Assembly (NCBI GenBank): GCA_965226585.1
Contig: OZ245366.1
Location: 896,001-960,000, forward strand
Reading direction: 5' to 3'
Length of the DNA stretch: 64,000 bases
Source: Thermodesulfobacteriota bacterium
GTDB taxonomy: Bacteria; Desulfobacterota_D; UBA1144; Nemesobacterales; Mycalebacteriaceae
How positions within the stretch are numbered: position 1 is the first letter of the stretch; each line of letters starts with the position of its first letter. A program made the position numbers and the translations under genes. Below the pieces are notes generated by a model. The model saw only the letters and a list, made by a program, of their open reading frames with translations. It had not been told where the DNA came from and made no database searches. This document shows positions 55,933 to 64,000 of this stretch, in pieces.

Positions 55933-56673
55933 ATGACTGACAAAAGAGACCAGTACGGGGATATTGCGGAGGAGTACAAAGATTCAAAGCAGTTGCCGTT
56001 CCGGCTTTATATTGAGGAGTATTCGCTTTTCAAAATGCTTGGCGACATCACGGGGCTGACGGTTGCCGACCTTGCCTGCGGAGACGGTTTTTACACGCGC
56101 AAGTTGAAAGCCGCCGGAGCGGCGGATGTTACGGGCGTTGATTTGTCTGCTGAGATGATACAACTCGCCGTGGATGAGGAGCGGAACAATCCTCTTGGCT
56201 GTAAATACGAGAACAAAGACGCGGCTGAGTTTGAGACGCCGCCGCTTGACCTTGTTGTGGCGATGTATCTGTTGAATTACGCGAAAAACGCCGCAGAGCT
56301 TGAGGATTTTTGCAAAACCGCTTTTTCAATTCTGAAACCGGGCGGGCGTTTTGTCGGGTTTAACGACAACATTCAAAATCCGCCGAAGGGTTCGGAGTCT
56401 TTTTCGCAGTATGGTTTTGACAAGGAGTGCGCCGACCCGCCGAAAGAGGGAGACGCGATTGTTTATAAAATCACAAATGAAGACGGAACAAAGTTTGAGT
56501 TCAACAATTTCTATTTGAAGCCTGAAACCTATGCCCGCGCCTTCAAACAGGCGGGTTTTTCAAGCTTTGAATGGAAGGGTCCTTATCTTGAGCCGTCTCA
56601 AAAAGGCAATCCGTTGTGGGAGCCGTTTATGTCGAACCCGCCGCTCATAGGGTTTGTGGCGGAGAAAAAATAA
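55933..56673 (+). CDS. Class I SAM-dependent methyltransferase
   Basis: VADLACGDG, GVDLSAEMI, YLLNYA, LKPGGRF. Confidence 0.92.
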   Translation: MTDKRDQYGDIAEEYKDSKQLPFRLYIEEYSLFKMLGDITGLTVADLACGDGFYTRKLKAAGAADVTGVDLSAEMIQLAVDEERNNPLGCKYENKDAAEFETPPLDLVVAMYLLNYAKNAAELEDFCKTAFSILKPGGRFVGFNDNIQNPPKGSESFSQYGFDKECADPPKEGDAIVYKITNEDGTKFEFNNFYLKPETYARAFKQAGFSSFEWKGPYLEPSQKGNPLWEPFMSNPPLIGFVAEKK

Positions 56674-56892
56674 GGCGACATGATGACGCTGGCGTTTCCG
56701 TCTTTGAAAGACTACGGCTTGCCGGATCTTTACGCGATGTCGGGACATGAGTCGGTTTCAGGGAAAGAAATCAGAAACCGGCTTGTTCTGTGGGATTGCG
56801 AGAGGTTTATAATTGCTTATCTCATTGCTGTTTCTCAGCTTGAGAGATGGGATTGAGAGGGGTGATTGGTAATGCCGCCCTTTCCGTTACGT

Positions 56893-57015
56893 TACTTCCC
56901 GTCATTCCGTGCTTTGTAAGTAATTACTCTACTTCCCGTCATTCCGTGCTTGACACGGAATCCAGTATTCAACTGGCTAACTAATACTGGATTCCTGCTT
57001 TCGCAGGAATGACGG
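56893..57015. repeat. Composite palindromic element (dRS3/RPE-4/REP-like) with upstream partial duplicate
   Basis: 56936-57015 reads CCGTC-ATTCCGTG.cttga.CACGGAAT-CCAGTATT..13 nt..AATACTGG-ATTCCTGC.tttc.GCAGGAAT-GACGG. The 22-mer TACTTCCCGTCATTCCGTGCTT occurs at 56893 and 56930. Confidence 0.85.
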
Positions 57016-57065
57016 TTTGGTTGTTTGGGTTGAGAGGTTGAGAGATAGGATTTTTACTGAGGCGA

Positions 57066-57314
57066 TTAAGATTTGCCCAGAACCAGTGTGTACAGACCAA
57101 CACGTATTAGAACTCTAAAAATCAGAGTCTGTATAATTCTGAAAACAAATCTTTGACCTACATAGCGGATAATAAGTTTAATTACTCTGGGAGTTTTTGT
57201 GTTTGAGATTGAGAAACGTCTTGCAACCCAGCCAATCAATATCATCATTGCTTCTACGGCAAGAACTTCCAAAAAGAGTTCCGACAGTTCTTCATTAATG
57301 AATTGCCGACTCAT
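57066..57314 (-). CDS. 82-aa hypothetical hydrophobic/basic protein
   Basis: ATGA overlap with the stop of the BRCT gene, same AT-rich composition. Confidence 0.55.
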   Translation of the reverse strand: MSRQFINEELSELFLEVLAVEAMMILIGWVARRFSISNTKTPRVIKLIIRYVGQRFVFRIIQTLIFRVLIRVGLYTLVLGKS

Positions 57315-57952
57315 TCTTCGTTTTCTGTATCAGTTTTTTCTAGTGATTGTGACCAATATTCTTCTGAAACTATGCTTATGTCACAGTTTTCTTTTTCGTT
57401 ATAATCTAAGGCCTTAAGGATTTTTGTCCCACAAGAAGAGTGTTTCCAACTTTCTGTTGAGTACTCTCCAATAACTAAGTAATTAAGTGATTTTGTAATG
57501 TTTTTTTGATGAACCCCCGAGCGTTTTTCCGTTTCTTTATGACAGTCACCTCTTGTTCCGAAAGTAAAGGTTCCTGTAAAACAAAAACTGTGACCGAAAA
57601 AACTGATAACAGGCTCCGGTTTTGTCAGTGGTAAAAGTGTTGATTTTGGCAATTCTCCCTCTTCTCCCAATGGGGAGAAGGCATACAAAGTATCGTATAT
57701 ATCTTTCAATTCTTCCTTATCTATAACGTTATCAGACATGATTTCTTCGACTTTACGTCTTAATTGTGCAACTAATTTGTTTTCGCTTATACCTCTTGAG
57801 GTGCGCAACCAGTTATCTAGGAACTCCACTTCTTTTTCATTAACCAACCCATCGGCAATAATTCCTTTACACAGGCCAAGCAATTCATTCTCGTTCGCAT
57901 CCGCAATTTCCTTATGCCTGTAAATAGCACCCTTTTCCCTTCCATCAGTCAT
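57311..57952 (-). CDS. BRCT-domain protein with N-terminal helical (TerB-like) domain
   Basis: LLGLCKGIIADGLVNEKEVEFL..W, then FCFTGTF..GTR......G...ITKSLNYLVIG...W.HSS.G.KI.KA......IVSEEYW. Confidence 0.85.
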   Translation of the reverse strand: MTDGREKGAIYRHKEIADANENELLGLCKGIIADGLVNEKEVEFLDNWLRTSRGISENKLVAQLRRKVEEIMSDNVIDKEELKDIYDTLYAFSPLGEEGELPKSTLLPLTKPEPVISFFGHSFCFTGTFTFGTRGDCHKETEKRSGVHQKNITKSLNYLVIGEYSTESWKHSSCGTKILKALDYNEKENCDISIVSEEYWSQSLEKTDTENEE

Positions 57953-57961
57953 TGTTTTCTC

Positions 57962-58813
57962 TCACCTCCTCATCCTATACCGCAACACATTCAACATCTC
58001 AAAATCCTGTTCATTCTTAATCAACGCCCCCGCATACGGCGGGTCTTCTTCCGTAATATCAAACTTTTCAAGCTCACTTGCGGCTATCTTTCCGGCGGTG
58101 AGCAGTTTTATCCAGTCTATCAACTCACTTGTTGACGGCTTTTTCTTCATCCCGTCTATCTCGCGCAACGAGTAGAAAATCTCAAGCGCGTTATCAAGCA
58201 GTTTTTTCTCAAGCTTCGGATGATGAACCTCAACAATCGCCTTTAATGTCTCAATCTCAGGGAAAGTTATGTAATGGAAAAAACAACGCCTCAGGAAAGC
58301 GTCCGGCAACTCCTTTTCGTTGTTTGAAGTGATTATCACAACAGGGCGTTTCTTCGCCTTTACGGTTTTCCGCAACTCATAGCAGTAGAACTCCATCTTG
58401 TCCAACTCAAGAAGCAGGTCGTTCGGAAACTCAATGTCCGCCTTGTCTATCTCATCAATCAAAAGAACAGACTGCTCTTCCGCCTCAAACGCCTCCCACA
58501 GTTTTCCCTTGTTTATATAATTGGATATGTCTTTGACCTTCTCATCGCCAAGCTGTGAATCGCGCAAACGGGCAACGGCATCGTACTCGTAAAGCCCCTG
58601 CTGGGCGGTGGTGGTGGACTTTATGTGCCAAGTGATAAGAGACTTGCCAAGAGATTCGGCAACCTCAAACGCGAGCATGGTTTTACCGGTGCCGGGCTCG
58701 CCCTTTATAATCAAAGGTCTTTCAAGCGTTATTGAAGCGTTAACCGCAAGAATAAGGTCTCTTGTGGCAACATACCGCTCCGTGCCTTCAAATTGTTTTT
58801 TTTCTTTAGACAT
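57962..58813 (-). CDS. MoxR-family AAA+ ATPase
   Basis: Walker A GEPGTGKT, Walker B LLIDEIDKAD, TSNNEKELPDAFLRRC, KKPSTSEL. Confidence 0.95.
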   Translation of the reverse strand: MSKEKKQFEGTERYVATRDLILAVNASITLERPLIIKGEPGTGKTMLAFEVAESLGKSLITWHIKSTTTAQQGLYEYDAVARLRDSQLGDEKVKDISNYINKGKLWEAFEAEEQSVLLIDEIDKADIEFPNDLLLELDKMEFYCYELRKTVKAKKRPVVIITSNNEKELPDAFLRRCFFHYITFPEIETLKAIVEVHHPKLEKKLLDNALEIFYSLREIDGMKKKPSTSELIDWIKLLTAGKIAASELEKFDITEEDPPYAGALIKNEQDFEMLNVLRYRMRR

Positions 58814-58862
58814 TTTTGCAGGAATTAAAAATACTTGCCCCCGCGCCCGTTATCAAATCCGC

Positions 58863-59357
58863 CTACGACCACGGCTCTTTGTAGTAGTAGACAAAGTTTG
58901 CCACTTTCGGCCTCTCCGTCCAACCCATCTTCTTGTAAAAACCCCTCTTGTATGACGGCTTCTCTTTGCCGTTTGTTACCATAAGACGGAAACAGTCGCG
59001 CTTTTCGCCCTCTTCCATCACCGCTGAAAGAAGCAAACTTCCGGCTCCGGTTCCCGCCGCAGACGGGCTGACAAAAAGATCAGACACATAACCCTCAACC
59101 CCCGCAAGCATTATGAACGGAACCCAGTGCGCGTTCACAAATCCCGCCACATTGCCGCCGGTATCCTCCGCCACAAGAAGCGAATGCCCTTCGGGGTCAT
59201 CCACAGCCGTTTTTATAAGTTTTTCCATCGGGGCGGCAACCTCTTTGAGAGAAAGCGCGTTTCTTTTCTCAGACCACCCTATTTCCTTGAGTATTCGCGC
59301 CATATCCTCAGCGTCTCCGCTTTGTGCCGCGCGAACGGTGAGGTTTTTCTCAGCCAT
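58863..59357 (-). CDS. GNAT family N-acetyltransferase
   Basis: VSDLFVSPSAAGTGAGSLLL and FYKKMGW. Confidence 0.88.
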   Translation of the reverse strand: MAEKNLTVRAAQSGDAEDMARILKEIGWSEKRNALSLKEVAAPMEKLIKTAVDDPEGHSLLVAEDTGGNVAGFVNAHWVPFIMLAGVEGYVSDLFVSPSAAGTGAGSLLLSAVMEEGEKRDCFRLMVTNGKEKPSYKRGFYKKMGWTERPKVANFVYYYKEPWS

Positions 59358-60127
59358 TATTTCCTTCCCTTTTTCAAAGTCTCAAGAAGAGCGTCAAGTT
59401 TTCCAACAGTTTCAGAATTCGACAGTTTTGCCGCAAGCATTTTCCGGTCTTCATTCTCAAAACAGCCCCTCACCTCTTCCGCAATTTTAGAGTTTCTCGC
59501 CTTTTTAACCTCAATAAAATCAGGCAAATCAATTTTCGCGCACTCTCTCACCGCTTCATCAACCGCGCCGCCCGGTTCCGCTATCCGGCTCACAATTCCG
59601 TTTTCAAGCGCCTGCTCAACACTGTGCAGTTTTCCGCCGTCAATAACTTCACTTCCCTCCTCTTGCCCCAAAACGCCTTCCACAAGGGCGGCGAGAGAGG
59701 CGGGCATGGGAAAACCGATTGAAGTTTCATTCAAACCCAGCAAGGTCTTTCCCTTCTCCGCTATCCTGATGTCGCAACACAGCGCGAGTATGCACCCTCC
59801 GGCAATGGCGTGTCCGCCAATCGCCGCCGCAACAGGGGCGGGATGCTCAAAAACCGTCAGCGCGGCTTTCAAAAAACCCTCAAACCAGCGGTCAATCTCC
59901 TCTTTGTCTCCCCTTTTGAAAAGCGAAACACAATTCCCAAGGTCAAGCCCCGGAGAGAACATCTTTCCGGCGGACGAAAGCACAACGGGTTTTCCGGGAT
60001 GGTTTTCTCTGAGAGACTCAAACGCGAAACTCAGGTCTGAGAAAAAGCCGTCATCCATCGTTCCGACCGCGTTTGAGTTCATCGCCGTAACGGCTGAACC
60101 GTCTCTTATTACAGTATCCCAGGGCAT
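59357..60127 (-). CDS. Enoyl-CoA hydratase/isomerase family protein
   Basis: FSPGLDL, AAIGGHAIAGGCILALCCD, GLNETSIG. ATG at 60127. Confidence 0.88.
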   Translation of the reverse strand: MPWDTVIRDGSAVTAMNSNAVGTMDDGFFSDLSFAFESLRENHPGKPVVLSSAGKMFSPGLDLGNCVSLFKRGDKEEIDRWFEGFLKAALTVFEHPAPVAAAIGGHAIAGGCILALCCDIRIAEKGKTLLGLNETSIGFPMPASLAALVEGVLGQEEGSEVIDGGKLHSVEQALENGIVSRIAEPGGAVDEAVRECAKIDLPDFIEVKKARNSKIAEEVRGCFENEDRKMLAAKLSNSETVGKLDALLETLKKGRK

Positions 60128-60170
60128 CTGAAGGAAACTAACAGGAAGGCGCGGACGGCGCAAGGCGGAA

Positions 60171-60199
60171 ATGACACGGGGGGAAATGGCGGGTATAAT
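60171..60199 (+). promoter_or_regulatory. Sigma70-type promoter of purL-purF
   Basis: ATGACA-17 nt-TATAAT. Confidence 0.6.
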
Positions 60200-60222
60200 C
60201 ACCCCGGTTCTTCTCCCCTCAA

Positions 60223-62451
60223 ATGCCGGCAAAAACATCCAAAAAACCCGAACACCGGAACGGACTTGACGCCGCACTGGAACACGGACTTTCACGGGAA
60301 GAATACGCATCCATAAAACAGACGCTCGGAAGAGAGCCCAACCTTGTTGAGACGGGAATTCTCGGCGCGATGTGGTCTGAACACTGCTCTTATAAGAGTT
60401 CTAAAGTCCACCTGCGCAAACTTCCGTCAAAAGGCAAAGCCGTTATTCACGGACCCGGAGAAAACGCCGGAGTAATGGACATCGGAGACGGCTACTGCGT
60501 GGTTTTCAAAATGGAAAGCCACAACCACCCGTCTTTTATAGAGCCGTATCAGGGAGCCGCGACCGGGGTGGGCGGCATTTTGAGAGATATTTTCACAATG
60601 GGCGCAAGACCGGTCGCCATTCTTGACTCACTCAGGTTCGGCAATCCCGCGCTTGAAAAAACAAAGTTTCTTGTAGACGGCGTTGTGTCGGGGATAGCCG
60701 GATACGGAAACTGCGTTGGCGTTCCAACTGTCGGCGGCGAGGTTGATTTTGACGACTGCTACAACGGCAACCCGCTTGTCAACGTTTTCGCGGTGGGAAT
60801 AGCGGCAAAGAACAGAATATTTACCGGACACGCCGCCGGAGTGGGCAATCCGGTTGTGTATGTCGGCTCAAAAACCGGAAGAGACGGAATAAAAGGCGCG
60901 GTTATGGCGTCAGATGTTTTTGATGACGAATCATCGGGAGACCGCCCCACCGTTCAGATAGGAGACCCTTTTACTGAAAAACTTCTCATTGAGGCGTGTA
61001 TGGAGCTTTTTGAAATGGACGCCGTTGTTGGAATACAGGACATGGGAGCCGCCGGGCTTACTTCATCATCCGCGGAAATGGCGAGCCGCAGCGGAAGCGG
61101 CATAAAACTTGAATGCAACAAAATTCCTCAGCGCGAAGACGGAATGACGCCCTATGAGATGATGCTTTCAGAGTCTCAAGAGCGGATGCTGATTGTTGTA
61201 AAAAAAGGAATGGAGGAAAAGGTTCGCGGGGTTTTTGAAAAATGGGGGCTTGATTTCGCGGTCATAGGGCGCGTGGAGGAAGGACAAGACCTTACGCTTT
61301 CTGAAAACGGCAAAACAGTGGCGCGCCTTCCGGTGAGTTTGATAGCGGAACCGCCCGAATATGAAAGACCCGTAAAACCGCCCGCCCGCCCCGCCGCGCC
61401 CCGGCAGTCCGCCACTCCGGAAGACGGCGCGGAAGATAATTTCGCAAAGATAATTTCTTCACCGTTTTCCGCGAGCAAACGCCGGATATACGAGCAATAC
61501 GACCACATGGTTGGCACAAACACCGCCGTGCCTCCGGGGTCTGATTCCTCAATCATTCGCATAAAAGGCACGTCAAAAGCCCTCGCCCTTACCTCAAACT
61601 GCAACTCCCGCTACTGTGTTCTCAACCCCAGAGAGGGGGCAAAATCCGCAGTCGCGGAAAGCGCGAGAAATGTGGCTTGCTGCGGGGCAAAACCGCTTGG
61701 AATTACAGACTGCCTGAACTTTGGCAACCCTGAAAACCCGGAAGTTATGTGGCAGTTCAAGGAAGCCGTTGAGGGAATTTCCGAAGCGGCGGAACGGTTT
61801 TCAACACCGGTTGTAAGCGGAAACGTGAGTCTTTACAACGAAACGGCGGGCGTATCAATCAACCCCACGCCGGTAATAGGAATGGTGGGGATTTTGGAAG
61901 ATATTTCAAAAGCCGTGCCGCAATTTTTCAGCGATGAGGGAGACCTCATTTTTGTTGCCGGAAACACGCGCGAGGAGATGGGCGGAAGCCTTTTCTCTCT
62001 GCTTTTACAGGGTGAAGTTTCCGGAGAGCCGCCCGCAGTTGACCTTGAAAGCGAAGCGCGGCTTGTTTCGTCTTTGGTGGAATGCGCGGACAAGGGTATA
62101 ATCAAATCTGCTCATGATATTTCAGAGGGAGGGCTGGGTGTGACGCTTGCCGAGTGCTGTTTCTCTCCGCAAGGCGGACGCGCCGGATTTTCCATTTCAA
62201 CGGGGAATATCAATCCTGAAATCAAAAACAGCAACACTCTGCTTTTTTCTGAATCGCAGGGGCGCACAGTTTTTACCGCAAGCCCCGAAAATGAGGCGGA
62301 AATTACGGATGTTTTTCTCTCAGGCGGCGTGCCCGTCCACAAGGCGGGAACAGTTACGGCGGACGGCGTTATGGAGTTCAAAGGGGTTTTTTCGGCAACA
62401 GTTAAAGAAACTATGGACATCTGGCTGGAAGGTTTTCAGAAAGCGTTATGA
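60223..62451 (+). CDS. purL: Phosphoribosylformylglycinamidine synthase subunit PurL (small form)
   Basis: [55 protein letters not shown]. Confidence 0.97.
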   Translation: MPAKTSKKPEHRNGLDAALEHGLSREEYASIKQTLGREPNLVETGILGAMWSEHCSYKSSKVHLRKLPSKGKAVIHGPGENAGVMDIGDGYCVVFKMESHNHPSFIEPYQGAATGVGGILRDIFTMGARPVAILDSLRFGNPALEKTKFLVDGVVSGIAGYGNCVGVPTVGGEVDFDDCYNGNPLVNVFAVGIAAKNRIFTGHAAGVGNPVVYVGSKTGRDGIKGAVMASDVFDDESSGDRPTVQIGDPFTEKLLIEACMELFEMDAVVGIQDMGAAGLTSSSAEMASRSGSGIKLECNKIPQREDGMTPYEMMLSESQERMLIVVKKGMEEKVRGVFEKWGLDFAVIGRVEEGQDLTLSENGKTVARLPVSLIAEPPEYERPVKPPARPAAPRQSATPEDGAEDNFAKIISSPFSASKRRIYEQYDHMVGTNTAVPPGSDSSIIRIKGTSKALALTSNCNSRYCVLNPREGAKSAVAESARNVACCGAKPLGITDCLNFGNPENPEVMWQFKEAVEGISEAAERFSTPVVSGNVSLYNETAGVSINPTPVIGMVGILEDISKAVPQFFSDEGDLIFVAGNTREEMGGSLFSLLLQGEVSGEPPAVDLESEARLVSSLVECADKGIIKSAHDISEGGLGVTLAECCFSPQGGRAGFSISTGNINPEIKNSNTLLFSESQGRTVFTASPENEAEITDVFLSGGVPVHKAGTVTADGVMEFKGVFSATVKETMDIWLEGFQKAL

Positions 62452-63869
62452 CTTCCCAACTTAAAGAGGAATGCGGAGTTTTCGGGATTTTCAACCACGA
62501 GGAGGCGGCAAACCTCGCCTATCTGGGGCTTCACTCTCTCCAGCACCGGGGGCAGGAAAGCGCGGGAATAACAACATCTGACGGCAGACGGCTTTACAGA
62601 AAACGCGCTATGGGGCTTGTGGCGGACATATTTGATGAAGAGTCTCTCAAAGGGCTTAAGGGCAAAAGCGCCATAGGGCACGTGAGGTATTCAACATCGG
62701 GTTCCAGTACGCTGAACAACATACAGCCGATTGTTATAACGCGCTCCGGCTCTGAAATGGCAATCGCCCACAACGGCAACCTTACAAACGCGCTGACGCT
62801 GAGAGGGCAGCTTGAAGATGAAGGCGCGATATTTCAGTCCACAACAGACACCGAAGTTGTTGTTCACCTGATGGCGAGGTCGAAAAAACAGAGTCTGGCG
62901 GAGAGGATTGTTCACGCCCTGTCCTTCTGCAAAGGCGCGTATTCAATTGTGTTTCTGGATTCCGAAAAGCTTGTCGCCGCGAGAGACCCTTACGGCTTCA
63001 GGCCTCTTGTGCTTGGCAAACTGGGCGATGACTCTTATGTTGTGGCGTCTGAAACTTGCGCGTTTGACCTTATAAACGCAAGATATGTCAGAGAAATTGA
63101 GCCGGGAGAGGTTGTTATCATTGACGGCGACAAGGTGGAATCTCTCAAGCCCTTCCCTGAGAAAAAGCCCGCCGCGTGCATATTTGAATACATATATTTT
63201 TCCCGTCCCGACAGCAACTCCGGCGGGCGCAGTATGTATCTGGTGCGCAAGGAGCTTGGCAAACAGCTCGCCGTTGAACAGCCGGCGGAAGCGGACATTG
63301 TTATAGCGGTTCCCGATTCCGGGGTTCCCTCCGCGATGGGTTATTCCGAACAGATTGGGGTTCCGCTTGAGATGGGTTTTTTGAGAAGCCACTATGTGGG
63401 AAGAACGTTTATTGAGCCGGAGCAGTCCATCAGAAACTTCGGGGTGAAACTGAAACTCAGCGCGATAAGAGAGGTTATAAAAAACAAAAGGGTTGTCATT
63501 GTTGACGACTCAATAGTGCGGGGAACAACCAGCAGAAAAATTGTGAAAATGGTTAGAGACGCGGGCGCGAAAGAGGTTCATGTGAGGATATGCTCGCCGC
63601 CGATGAAGTTTTCCTGCTACTACGGAATAGACACGCCGAACAAGGATGAACTTATCGCCAATTCGCTTGAAGTTGACGAGATACGGAAATACATAACCGC
63701 AGACTCTCTCGGATATTTGAGCAAACAGGGAATAGACATCGCGGTTGAAAACAGCTCTCCGGACGGAAAAAAAGAGGGCTACTGCTACGCCTGCTTTACG
63801 GGAGACTACAAGGTTGAGATAGATGACCTGAAACTGTCTTCCACTCAAATGGATCTTTTTCCCGACTGA
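62448..63869 (+). CDS. purF: Amidophosphoribosyltransferase
   Basis: [45 protein letters not shown]. Confidence 0.97.
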   Translation: MTSQLKEECGVFGIFNHEEAANLAYLGLHSLQHRGQESAGITTSDGRRLYRKRAMGLVADIFDEESLKGLKGKSAIGHVRYSTSGSSTLNNIQPIVITRSGSEMAIAHNGNLTNALTLRGQLEDEGAIFQSTTDTEVVVHLMARSKKQSLAERIVHALSFCKGAYSIVFLDSEKLVAARDPYGFRPLVLGKLGDDSYVVASETCAFDLINARYVREIEPGEVVIIDGDKVESLKPFPEKKPAACIFEYIYFSRPDSNSGGRSMYLVRKELGKQLAVEQPAEADIVIAVPDSGVPSAMGYSEQIGVPLEMGFLRSHYVGRTFIEPEQSIRNFGVKLKLSAIREVIKNKRVVIVDDSIVRGTTSRKIVKMVRDAGAKEVHVRICSPPMKFSCYYGIDTPNKDELIANSLEVDEIRKYITADSLGYLSKQGIDIAVENSSPDGKKEGYCYACFTGDYKVEIDDLKLSSTQMDLFPD

Positions 63870-63875
63870 ACTTGT

Positions 63876-64000
63876 TCAACCGTCCGTTTCTTTCAGTTCC
63901 GCTTCAAGAGCCTCTTTGCGGCGGGCAAACTCCTCAAGTTTCCCCTTTTCCTTGCTGACAACTTTTTCGGGCGCTTTGTTTTTGAACTCCGGGTCTGCGA
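63876..64000 (-). CDS. valS: Valine--tRNA ligase, C-terminal coiled-coil end (partial)
   Basis: ...ADPEFKNKAPEKVVSKEKGKLEEFARRKEALEAELKETDG* fits the ValS tail pattern F..KAP..VV.KE..KL. Confidence 0.85.
   Translation of the reverse strand, partial: ADPEFKNKAPEKVVSKEKGKLEEFARRKEALEAELKETDG

Noticed and set aside
56680..56856. 58-aa ORF MMTLAFPSLKDYGLPDLY... after the methyltransferase
   Set aside because: No recognisable family and weak SD. It could be a gene remnant but is unsupported.
56893..57015. Possible CRISPR array or integron attC site
   Set aside because: Only two short direct copies 37 bp apart, no spacer series, no cas or intI gene, and no clear RYYYAAC/GTTRRRY boxes framing the hairpin.
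59127..60131. 334-aa plus-strand ORF
   Set aside because: Antisense shadow of the enoyl-CoA hydratase and GNAT genes.

Overview
Gene-dense bacterial chromosome segment using the standard genetic code, mostly core genes. The gene content suggests a Desulfobacterota/Dadabacteria-like diderm, which is an inference only. From left to right it holds: a DUF3450-TtpC/ExbB-ExbB-ExbD-TonB-TPR operon facing a TonB-dependent receptor; cysC, ndk, holA, rpsT and a transaldolase; nuoM-folE-hemA-hemC-tRNA-fMet-xseB-ispA; an AT-rich outer-membrane-protein islet; an acyl-CoA ligase, LLM oxidoreductase, M20 peptidase and short CbiX; mnmA-mtaB; murI; etfBA; rpiB-asd-dapA-rnhB; merR-tRNA-Pro-surE; purM; a complete alternative complex III operon (actABCDEF); bioD, bcp, a DUF59 protein and tpx; a LolA-like/beta-barrel/MMPL cassette; ribBA-ribH-nusB-trpD-trpC; tRNA-Cys and tRNA-Leu; a MoxR/VWA pair separated by a methyltransferase, a palindromic repeat and an AT-rich BRCT two-gene islet; purL-purF; and the 3' end of valS. 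The strongest leads are: (1) an 83-aa ORF resembling the fused N- and C-termini of a LonC-type protease, coupled to a murI that must start at a non-canonical codon; (2) an ACIII whose ActB keeps a full FS0 [4Fe-4S] motif and is followed by an unannotated 46-aa membrane peptide; (3) the BRCT plus small-protein islet, a candidate defence module; (4) mirror-image G/C strand skew on the flanks of both AT-rich islets; (5) several small unannotated genes with their own promoters. No CRISPR array, rRNA, integrase or transposase was seen. Family assignments come from motif recognition by eye, not database searches.
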